36,597 bases of DNA from Methylophagaceae bacterium (lineage in GTDB: Bacteria > Pseudomonadota > Gammaproteobacteria > Nitrosococcales > Methylophagaceae), in contig JBFIJJ010000001.1 of assembly GCA_041600795.1 (NCBI GenBank), positions 1-36,597 of the forward strand, in the 5' to 3' direction. A model generated the notes under the pieces. The model was not told the origin of the DNA. It did no database searches and was given only the letters and a program-made list of their open reading frames with translations. Shown here one piece after another: positions 29,020-36,597 of this stretch (positions are counted from its first letter, which is position 1; every line of letters begins with the position of its first letter). The translations under genes and the position numbers were made by a program.

Positions 29020-31623
29020 TTATTCTTCTACAGCATCACCAAGTTCATCAGCAGCATCAAGTTCAGCATCAATATCAACAGCTTCTTCCTCATCTTCAAG
29101 GATTCTTTCCAAACCGACTAGTTTTTCGTTCTTAGTTAAGTTGATTAATTTAACGCCTTGCGTATTACGACCGACGATAGAAACATCTTTGACTGGTGTA
29201 CGCACTAAGGTGCCACCATCACTAATAAGCATGATTTGATTTTCATCTTTAACTTGCACAGCGCCGACAACATTACCGTTACGAGCTGATGTTTGAATAG
29301 AGATAATACCTTGACCACCACGGCCTTGAACCCGATATTCTTCAAGATGTGTCCGTTTACCATAACCAAACTCGGTTGCAGTTAAAATAGCACCATCCTC
29401 TTCGTTAGCAATGATCATCGAAATAATCTGTTCACCTTCTGGTAAACGCATACCACGGACACCACGAGACACACGTCCCATAGAGCGAACATCGGTTTCA
29501 TCAAAGCGAATAACCTTACCACCAGAACTGAATAGCATAATATCAGACTGACCATCGGTTAATGCCACAGCAACCAATTGATCATCCTCTTTCAAATCAA
29601 CAGCAATAATACCGTTCGCTCGCGGGCGTGAATAATCAACTAATGGTGTTTTCTTAACCGTACCCGAAGCAGTCGCCATGAAGATGTATTTATCTGCTTC
29701 AAACTCTCTCACTGCTAATACAGCATTAATTTGTTCGCCTTCTTCTAGTGGCAATAAATTAACCATCGGTTTTCCACGTGCAGCGCGTCCACCAGTCGGA
29801 AGTTCATAGACCTTTTTCCAATACACTTGGCCTTTGCTTGAGAAGCACAGTAAGGTGTCATGGGTATTGGCAATAAACAAATGTTCGATGAAATCTTCAT
29901 CTTTCATTGCAGTCGCTGATTTACCTTTACCACCACGACGTTGTGCTTGATACGTATCTAATTGCTGTGTTTTAGCATAACCAGCATGAGAAAGCGTTAC
30001 CACCATCTCTTCTTCAGTGATTAAATCTTCAAGCGTTAGATCAAGATGTGCATCAATAATTTCGGTACGACGTTCATCGCCATACTCTTCTTTCACTTTA
30101 ACTAATTCTTCACGAATAACAGCCATCAAATTATCTGGATCACTCAAAATCGCCAATAGCTCAGCAATTTCTTCTAGAACTTCACGATACTCTTGTAGAA
30201 TTTTGTCTTGTTCAAGGCCTGTTAAGCGATGCAAGCGCATATCTAAAATAGCTTGCGCTTGTACTGGCGATAAATTGTAAGAACCATTAACTAGGCCTAA
30301 ATTCGCATCCAAACCTTCAGGACGAGAAGCCGCTGCACCTGCGGCACCTAACATTTCGAGAATCATTTCTGACGCCCAACCACGAGCTAATAGCGCTTCT
30401 TTGGCATCAGTAGGACTATCTGAAGATTTAATTAACTCAATAACCTCATCAATGTTAGCTAAAGCAGTAGCTAACCCTTCTAAGATATGGGCACGGTCAC
30501 GGGCTTTACGAAGATCAAATAACGAACGACGTGTTACCACTTCACGACGGTGACGAATGAACGCATCAAGAATCTGTTTTAAGCCTAATAGACGAGGTTG
30601 ACCATCAACAATAGCCACCATATTGATACCAAACACAGTTTGCATTTGTGTTTGTTTGTATAAGTTATTCAAGACAACTTCAGGTACTTCACCTCGTTTA
30701 AGCACAACTACCATACGCATACCATCTTTGTCTGATTCGTCGCGTAAGGCAGAGATACCTTCTATTTTCTTTTCTTTAACCAGTTCTGCAATTTTCTCAA
30801 GCAAACGTGCCTTATTAACTTGATATGGCAATTCGTGAACAACAATACTTTGTTGTCCTGTTGCATCATTGGTTTCAATATCTGCTCTAGCACGAATATG
30901 AACACGACCACGACCAGTACGATACGCTTCAGCAATACCTCGAGCACCATTGATCATAGCTGCTGTTGGGAAATCGGGACCAGGAACATATTCCATCAAC
31001 TGATCGATATCAATATCAGGGTTATCAACTGTTGCGATACAGGCATTTAATATTTCAGTGAGGTTATGAGGCGGAATATTTGTCGCCATACCCACAGCGA
31101 TACCTGATGAGCCATTAACCAATAATGCAGGGATCTTTGTTGGAAGAACGGCTGGTTCTGATTCAGATTCATCGTAGTTGGGGATAAAGTCGACAGTTTC
31201 TTTATCTAAATCAGCCAACATTTCATGTGTGATTTTGGCCATGCGAACTTCGGTATAACGCATCGCAGCAGGTGAATCACCATCGACCGAACCAAAGTTA
31301 CCTTGACCATCAACCAGCATATAACGCATAGAAAACGGCTGCGCCATACGCACCATAGTGTCGTAAACCGCTGTATCGCCATGGGGATGGTATTTACCGA
31401 TTACATCACCGACTACACGCGCAGACTTTTTATAGGAACCATTCCAGTTGATGCCTAAGTCTCGCATTGCATAAAGAACACGACGATGAACAGGTTTAAG
31501 TCCATCACGTACATCTGGAAGTGCCCGACCTACGATTACGCTCATTGCATAATCGAGATATGAGCTCTTCATTTCATCTTCAATACTAATTGAATCGAGT
31601 TCTAAAGCAATTTCATCAGTCAT
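29020..31623 (-). CDS. gyrA: DNA gyrase subunit A
   Basis: 867-aa ORF with the canonical N-terminus ([28 protein letters not shown]), the active-site region (AAMRYTE), C-terminal beta-pinwheel repeats and an acidic tail. Confidence 0.97.
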   Translation of the reverse strand: MTDEIALELDSISIEDEMKSSYLDYAMSVIVGRALPDVRDGLKPVHRRVLYAMRDLGINWNGSYKKSARVVGDVIGKYHPHGDTAVYDTMVRMAQPFSMRYMLVDGQGNFGSVDGDSPAAMRYTEVRMAKITHEMLADLDKETVDFIPNYDESESEPAVLPTKIPALLVNGSSGIAVGMATNIPPHNLTEILNACIATVDNPDIDIDQLMEYVPGPDFPTAAMINGARGIAEAYRTGRGRVHIRARADIETNDATGQQSIVVHELPYQVNKARLLEKIAELVKEKKIEGISALRDESDKDGMRMVVVLKRGEVPEVVLNNLYKQTQMQTVFGINMVAIVDGQPRLLGLKQILDAFIRHRREVVTRRSLFDLRKARDRAHILEGLATALANIDEVIELIKSSDSPTDAKEALLARGWASEMILEMLGAAGAAASRPEGLDANLGLVNGSYNLSPVQAQAILDMRLHRLTGLEQDKILQEYREVLEEIAELLAILSDPDNLMAVIREELVKVKEEYGDERRTEIIDAHLDLTLEDLITEEEMVVTLSHAGYAKTQQLDTYQAQRRGGKGKSATAMKDEDFIEHLFIANTHDTLLCFSSKGQVYWKKVYELPTGGRAARGKPMVNLLPLEEGEQINAVLAVREFEADKYIFMATASGTVKKTPLVDYSRPRANGIIAVDLKEDDQLVAVALTDGQSDIMLFSSGGKVIRFDETDVRSMGRVSRGVRGMRLPEGEQIISMIIANEEDGAILTATEFGYGKRTHLEEYRVQGRGGQGIISIQTSARNGNVVGAVQVKDENQIMLISDGGTLVRTPVKDVSIVGRNTQGVKLINLTKNEKLVGLERILEDEEEAVDIDAELDAADELGDAVEE

Positions 31624-31720
31624 TTATAACATCATCCAAAAAACATCCGGCAACTCATTTTGCCAAAGATACGATAATAACATTATGGGTGATTTCATGC
31701 ACCTTTTAGCAATAGCACTA

Positions 31721-32359
31721 CTAGGGGTTACGTTTTGAAAAATAACCGCTAAAATCATCCTCTAAGGTCGCCAACAGTTGTTCAAGTCCCTGTTTCCAGC
31801 CTTTAACGACATTTTCAGCAGTAGTTTTCTCTACATCTACTTCAACTTTTAAGCCTGTCTGAAATAAAGCTTGTGATGTCTCTTGTTTGCCATCCATTAA
31901 GAAAAATTGCATTTCTAACACTGCTTGCGGCGAAAATTGCTCACGCTTATCACCATATAAAGCGGTTACGGCTGATTCTAAGACCATATCGGCAGCAACA
32001 CTTTCATCGGTGGTGACCTGACTAAATTGTCCACTTTTTTGCAACCAGCGTTTGAGTTGTTCTGTAAACATGGTTTGTGGTTCAGAAAAGAACAAGTGAT
32101 TTTTTTGAGACTGATATTCGTTTTCACCAATGCGAAACACTATCGGTTTTGAACTGTAATGTGAGGTTACTCGCACTGGCTTGATAAGTAATACTCGATT
32201 TTTAGGAAACTCGCTTGCGACTGCGCCTCTATCAACATCAACTATGTAATAATGCGGCTCATCATCATCGTCTGATTTACTGCCAAGTCCAAAGCAGCCT
32301 GTTAACATAGTTATCAACACAAGTATGCTTAACATTCTTAAACTGTTTTTATTCTTCAT
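31721..32359 (-). CDS. Lipoprotein, ABC-type transport auxiliary component family (PqiC/YmbA-like, DUF330)
   Basis: 212-aa ORF with a lipobox (LTGC). The size and pattern (YYIVD..., LLIKPVRVTSHYSSKPIVFR..., FFSEPQTMFTEQLKRWL) are typical of the family. This is a family-level call only. Confidence 0.55.
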   Translation of the reverse strand: MKNKNSLRMLSILVLITMLTGCFGLGSKSDDDDEPHYYIVDVDRGAVASEFPKNRVLLIKPVRVTSHYSSKPIVFRIGENEYQSQKNHLFFSEPQTMFTEQLKRWLQKSGQFSQVTTDESVAADMVLESAVTALYGDKREQFSPQAVLEMQFFLMDGKQETSQALFQTGLKVEVDVEKTTAENVVKGWKQGLEQLLATLEDDFSGYFSKRNP

Positions 32360-32433
32360 TTTTTATCTCTAAATTACAGTAGCGACGATTTCAGCCGATA
32401 TAATATGTTAACTAAAACAAGATTGCTTTTATT

Positions 32434-32949
32434 ATGGACAAATTGAAAACAAAAATTCGTGATATTCCTGACTTTCCCAAACAAGGAATCACATTTAAGG
32501 ACATCACGCCATTAGTGCAAGATCCTGCAATGTTACGATTTGCTATAGAAAAACTTACTGAACCCTATACTGACAGTAATATTACTGCGGTTGCGGGCAT
32601 GGAGGCACGAGGCTTTATTTTCGGTAGCCTTGTCGCTTGGCAACTGAACGTCGGATTCATTCCACTGAGAAAACCGGGCAAGCTACCTTATGATGTACAA
32701 AGTGTCGACTATGATCTTGAATACGGTACAGCTAGTCTACAAGCACATATTGATGCAGTTAAACCCGGTGACCGAATTTTATTGATAGATGATTTACTCG
32801 CCACAGGCGGTACTGCTGAAGCAAGTTGCCAACTGGTTGAAAAACTCGGCGGTGAAGTTGTGGCATGTGCCTTTGTTATTGAACTATTAGCTTTGAATGG
32901 ACGACATAAATTAGCTAAATACCCCATCCATTCACTCATTACCTACTGA
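32434..32949 (+). CDS. apt: Adenine phosphoribosyltransferase
   Basis: 171-aa ORF with IRDIPDFPKQGITFKDITPL, the PRPP motif ILLIDDLLATGGTA and the typical length. Confidence 0.93.
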   Translation: MDKLKTKIRDIPDFPKQGITFKDITPLVQDPAMLRFAIEKLTEPYTDSNITAVAGMEARGFIFGSLVAWQLNVGFIPLRKPGKLPYDVQSVDYDLEYGTASLQAHIDAVKPGDRILLIDDLLATGGTAEASCQLVEKLGGEVVACAFVIELLALNGRHKLAKYPIHSLITY

Positions 32950-32954
32950 TTACC

Positions 32955-33806
32955 ATGATGACTAAACTTATCTTTTTAATCGTATTAAGTTTGAGCTCAA
33001 TTGCTCATGCACAACAATTCCAATCGCCAATAACTGATACACATTGGCAGGTTATTGAAACGCCATTGGAGTGCAGTCTTATTCAACACATTGCTGATTT
33101 TGGCGACGCTAAATTCAGTCAAGCGACCGGTGGAATGCTTACCCTCAGTTTTACTACGTCTCATTACCCAGCTAGTCAAAATAATGCTCAATTTGAGATT
33201 GCTACCGCACTCTGGCAAAACAGTGATGAACGTATTCCTTTAACCTCGGTTCCAACTGACGCAGGACAAACAGTATTTGAACTTAAAGGCCAACTTGCTA
33301 AACAAGCATTAACACACCTTCAAGAAGGGCTACTCCCAACACTTCGCTACCATAGCCCCAATTCATACAGTGGTGTTGAAGTGCTGATGTCGACAGTACA
33401 TCTGTCGGATTCTATTTCTGGATTTCAACAATGCATTGCTAATCTCCATCCTGATACATTTGAAGCTGTTCACAAGCTGACCGTTCATTTTGGCCTAGAA
33501 CAAGCAAGATTAAATGCTGATGCAGAAAAAGCACTGACTCGCTTAGCTGATTATGTAAAAGTAGACGACAGCATTAAACGGATTAAAATTACAGGCCATA
33601 CCGATAATCATGGTCGTAAACGGCTTAATGCACCACTTTCAGAAATGAGGGCGACTGCGGTAAAACAATTTTTAGTTGAAAAATGCCAAATCCCAGAACA
33701 ATTAATTACCACATCAGCCTACATTGAGAAAAAACCATTGGCGTCAAATAAAACCGATCAAGGTCGCGCGCTTAATCGTCGAGCAGAGATTACTTTAATC
33801 CGCTAA
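32955..33806 (+). CDS. motY: MotY-like flagellar motor (T-ring) protein with a C-terminal OmpA-like peptidoglycan-binding domain
   Basis: 283-aa ORF with a signal peptide. The N-domain resembles Vibrio MotY (W-x-V-x-x-TPLEC-x-L-x-H-x-I-x-x-FGDA-x-FS; F-Q-Q-C-I-x-NL). The C-terminal OmpA-like domain reads ITGHTDN...LSEMRA...NRRAEITL. The gene starts 5 nt after the apt stop. Confidence 0.65.
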   Translation: MMTKLIFLIVLSLSSIAHAQQFQSPITDTHWQVIETPLECSLIQHIADFGDAKFSQATGGMLTLSFTTSHYPASQNNAQFEIATALWQNSDERIPLTSVPTDAGQTVFELKGQLAKQALTHLQEGLLPTLRYHSPNSYSGVEVLMSTVHLSDSISGFQQCIANLHPDTFEAVHKLTVHFGLEQARLNADAEKALTRLADYVKVDDSIKRIKITGHTDNHGRKRLNAPLSEMRATAVKQFLVEKCQIPEQLITTSAYIEKKPLASNKTDQGRALNRRAEITLIR

Positions 33807-33878
33807 CATTAATGCCACGATGTATTTGAGTAACACCATGCTCACATCATCACTATCGCCATAATTTACGGGGCTTTC

Positions 33879-35705
33879 ATGCATCAGGAAACGATTATCG
33901 CACTATCTGCAATAGGAATTATTGCCATAATTTGTCAATGGTTTGCATGGTGGGTAAAACTCCCTGCCATCTTGTTTTTATTACTTGCAGGTATCGTGAT
34001 CGGCCCGCTCATGGGCTGGCTTAATCCTGAGCAATTATTTGGTGACTTACTATTCCCTTTTGTGTCTTTATCCGTTGCAATCATTCTGTTTGAAGGCGCA
34101 TTAACATTAAAATTCGAAGAAATTCGTGGCTTACAAACCGTAGTTAGAAATATGCTAACTATAGGTGTAGCCAGCACATGGACTGCGATCACCCTTGGTA
34201 CACACTATATAATCGGGTTCGCATGGGATTTATCATTATTATTTGGGGCGCTGATGGTGGTAACTGGGCCAACAGTTATTGTGCCGATGCTAAGAACCGT
34301 TAGACCCAACGCCAAAATTGCCAACATACTTCGTTGGGAAGGCATTGTTATTGATCCTCTTGGTGCCATCCTTGCGGTATTGGTGTTCGAAGTTATTGTC
34401 TCAATGAAATTGCAAGGCCATACATCGATTAGCCACACTCTATTTATGTTTAGCACTACCGTGTTAACCGGCATTATCATCGGTGCTGTCACAGGTTATC
34501 TATTTGGTCTGATATTACGCAAACATCTACTACCTGAATATTTACATAATGTTGCGACGCTGACATTAGTTTTTGCTGTATTTGCATTATCCAATCATCT
34601 CACGGAAGAGTCCGGCTTATTAACGGTAACCGTGATGGGGATTTGGCTGGCTAACATGAAAAACGTACCCGTTGAAGATATCTTAGACTTCAAAGAAAGC
34701 CTAAGTATCTTATTGATTTCAGGTCTATTTATATTGCTTGCTGCCCGCCTAAACTTTGACCAGTTTGCTACCTTAGGTTGGGCAGCATTAGTGTTATTTC
34801 TGTTTATTCAACTGTTTGCCAGGCCGATAAAAATCATTGTTTCTACTTTTGGTTCTGATTTGAAATGGCAAGAAAAATTCATGATTGCTTGGATTGGACC
34901 TCGCGGCATTGTTGCTGCCGCAGTGACCGCATTATTTGCTATCCGCTTACAAGAAATCGGTGTTGAGAATGCTGAGCTATTAGTCCCCCTTGCCTTTTCT
35001 ATCATCATTGGAACAGTTGTACTGCAAGGCGCAACGTCAAAAGTCCTAGCACAGCGTTTAGGTGTAGCAGAACCTGAAGATAATGGTTTTTTAATTATTG
35101 GTGCTAACCCAGTTGCTCGATTAGTCGCTAAAGCACTTAAGGAAAGCGGTTTTACCGCAATAGTCACTGATGGTAGCTGGACTAATATCAAAACTGCACG
35201 GATGGAAGGATTGTCAACCTATTACGGCAATGCTGTGTCTGAACATGCCGATCGACATTTAGACTTAGTCGGGCTAGGTCATCTGTTAGCTTTAACCCCG
35301 CAGAAAGATCGTAATGCCCTTGCTGGTCAGCGTTATCAATCAGAGTTTGGCGCTAACAAAATCTATTTATTAGCTGCAGAAGAACAAAAAGAGGTTGATG
35401 GCAAAGAACAACAATCTCGTAAAACAGTCAGTCATCGCTATAACACACTGTTTGAAAAAGATCGTACATACTCACAACTCGCAAGTTGGATTGGTCAAGG
35501 TGCCAAAATTAAGCAAACCAACTTGACTGATAACTTTAATTACGACGATTACAAACAACAATATGGTAAACGTGCTATTCCATTATTCATCTTCAACGCA
35601 AAACGACAGTTACGCTTTTTTACTGGAGATGATACTTTGATTCCTGAAGCTGGCTGGACTATTCTCGCTCTAGTCAAAGATGAACCCGAAAAGATAATGA
35701 CGTGA
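33879..35705 (+). CDS. Cation:proton antiporter (CPA1 Na+/H+ exchanger family) with a C-terminal RCK/TrkA-N-like cytoplasmic domain
   Basis: 608-aa ORF with about 12 TM helices. Na_H_exchanger-like motifs include LFEGALTLKF, TGPTVIVPML and RWEGIVIDPLGA. A soluble Rossmann-like tail follows (FLIIGANPVARLVAKALKESGFTAIVTD). Confidence 0.8.
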   Translation: MHQETIIALSAIGIIAIICQWFAWWVKLPAILFLLLAGIVIGPLMGWLNPEQLFGDLLFPFVSLSVAIILFEGALTLKFEEIRGLQTVVRNMLTIGVASTWTAITLGTHYIIGFAWDLSLLFGALMVVTGPTVIVPMLRTVRPNAKIANILRWEGIVIDPLGAILAVLVFEVIVSMKLQGHTSISHTLFMFSTTVLTGIIIGAVTGYLFGLILRKHLLPEYLHNVATLTLVFAVFALSNHLTEESGLLTVTVMGIWLANMKNVPVEDILDFKESLSILLISGLFILLAARLNFDQFATLGWAALVLFLFIQLFARPIKIIVSTFGSDLKWQEKFMIAWIGPRGIVAAAVTALFAIRLQEIGVENAELLVPLAFSIIIGTVVLQGATSKVLAQRLGVAEPEDNGFLIIGANPVARLVAKALKESGFTAIVTDGSWTNIKTARMEGLSTYYGNAVSEHADRHLDLVGLGHLLALTPQKDRNALAGQRYQSEFGANKIYLLAAEEQKEVDGKEQQSRKTVSHRYNTLFEKDRTYSQLASWIGQGAKIKQTNLTDNFNYDDYKQQYGKRAIPLFIFNAKRQLRFFTGDDTLIPEAGWTILALVKDEPEKIMT

Positions 35706-35787
35706 TTTTTCGTAACCAATTGATAATAAAAAATTACTTGTATTTTTTAGATAGAACCCTGTACTGCAGTATCGATAGGAGCGTGTA

Positions 35788-36597
35788 ATGGCCGAAGAAA
35801 TTGATGACGAGATGCTTGAAATTGACTCCAACGGTAGAGATGGAGATTCTGAAGAAAACAATTCAGGTGGAAAACTAGCCCGTATTAAAGCGTTACTTTC
35901 TAATAGAATTATTCTTATTTCAATCATTTCAGTGTTGATTATCTTGCTTGCCGTAGGTGCTTATTTCATCTTTTTCACCGGAAATGATGAAGCCACAGAC
36001 ACAGAAATAACCGAACTTAGTGGGGAAGTTGCAACACAACCAGATATGATGGCGCCACCACAATCTGAAGACAACTCTAGCGCATTTTTATCTGCAATCA
36101 GTGAAAATTCAAACTCACCTGATTCCGAACAAATCAGTAATAGTGACGGCACTGATGGCGACAAACCATCACGCGTCTCTCAAATATCCAATGGCATGGT
36201 TGAGGCTGCAAAAACAGGTGGATTTCCTACTGCTGATAGTGCAAGTGGCGCCGCTAATACAGTATCAGATCAAATGCCAGCCGAGACACCTGAATCAAAA
36301 CAACTATCAGAATTACTCAATGAAAAAGTAGCGGAACTAGAAGCCGAAAACCAAAGGCTTAAACAACAAATCTCAAATTTGGATATCCAAATTAAGCTAT
36401 ACAAAAATGCAAAACGCGCTGAGGATTTAAGTATCCCTGTTGATAGATTTGATTCCAATGCAATTACCAGTCCTGCTCCTTATAATGATGGCTTAGTCAA
36501 TGATTTTAGTAGTGACTACTCTGCATCACCCTATGCTGATGATGAAATGACCCCAAAACCAACTTGGGGTGATGCTAAACCTGATCAGAACAAATAA
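35788..36597 (+). CDS. Hypothetical bitopic membrane protein with an acidic N-terminus, one TM, a Ser/Asp/Asn-rich disordered region and a coiled coil
   Basis: 269-aa ORF with a strong SD (AGGAG, 7 nt upstream). The TM is IILISIISVLIILLAVGAYFIFF and the heptad-like segment is LSELLNEKVAELEAENQRLKQQISNLDIQIKLY. The stop codon is the last 3 nt of the window. I recognise no family. Confidence 0.5.
   Translation: MAEEIDDEMLEIDSNGRDGDSEENNSGGKLARIKALLSNRIILISIISVLIILLAVGAYFIFFTGNDEATDTEITELSGEVATQPDMMAPPQSEDNSSAFLSAISENSNSPDSEQISNSDGTDGDKPSRVSQISNGMVEAAKTGGFPTADSASGAANTVSDQMPAETPESKQLSELLNEKVAELEAENQRLKQQISNLDIQIKLYKNAKRAEDLSIPVDRFDSNAITSPAPYNDGLVNDFSSDYSASPYADDEMTPKPTWGDAKPDQNK

Noticed and set aside
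31372-31374. GyrA QRDR residue equivalent to E. coli Ser83 is Thr ([10 protein letters not shown]).
   Set aside because: Thr at this position is the wild-type state in many non-enteric gammaproteobacteria such as pseudomonads, and the Asp87 equivalent is intact. This is not evidence of a quinolone-resistance mutation.

Overview
This is an AT-rich gammaproteobacterial chromosomal window, and I cannot place the taxon more precisely from sequence alone. Most of it is core metabolism, mainly on the minus strand: acnB, purB, argG, the PDH operon aceE-aceF-lpd, msrPQ, ispH, pheA, gyrA and apt. It also holds three PAS/GGDEF-type signalling proteins. One of them, at 1..2168 on the minus strand, runs off the window and is absent from the supplied ORF track. 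Other genes are a MotY-like OmpA protein, a CPA1 antiporter, a nitroreductase and a DppC/DppDF-type ABC pair. I saw no rRNA, tRNA, CRISPR array, IS element, integrase or phage genes. The locus most worth a second look is about 19.65-23.23 kb. An ECF sigma factor and a short soluble zinc-finger (HxxxCxxC) anti-sigma are divergently transcribed from a Sec-signal peptide. That peptide is built from tandem 12-aa EAKCGEEMKKAQ modules, with 6 Cys all in xCG context and 5 Met. An intrinsic terminator follows the peptide gene, then a DoxX membrane protein and MsrP-MsrQ. The peptide looks like an HvfA/bufferin-type (6-Cys) RiPP metallophore precursor, but the MNIO (DUF692) and DUF2063 maturase genes that define those clusters are not here; MsrPQ sits in that position. 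Secondary points are an orphan Dam-family methyltransferase wedged between lpd and argG, a one-lipoyl E2 paired with a lipoyl-bearing E3 in the PDH operon, and a translationally coupled pair downstream of purB (cytoplasmic protein plus mini-secretin-like protein). There is also an ABC pair tightly coupled to ispH, with no binding protein and only one permease.
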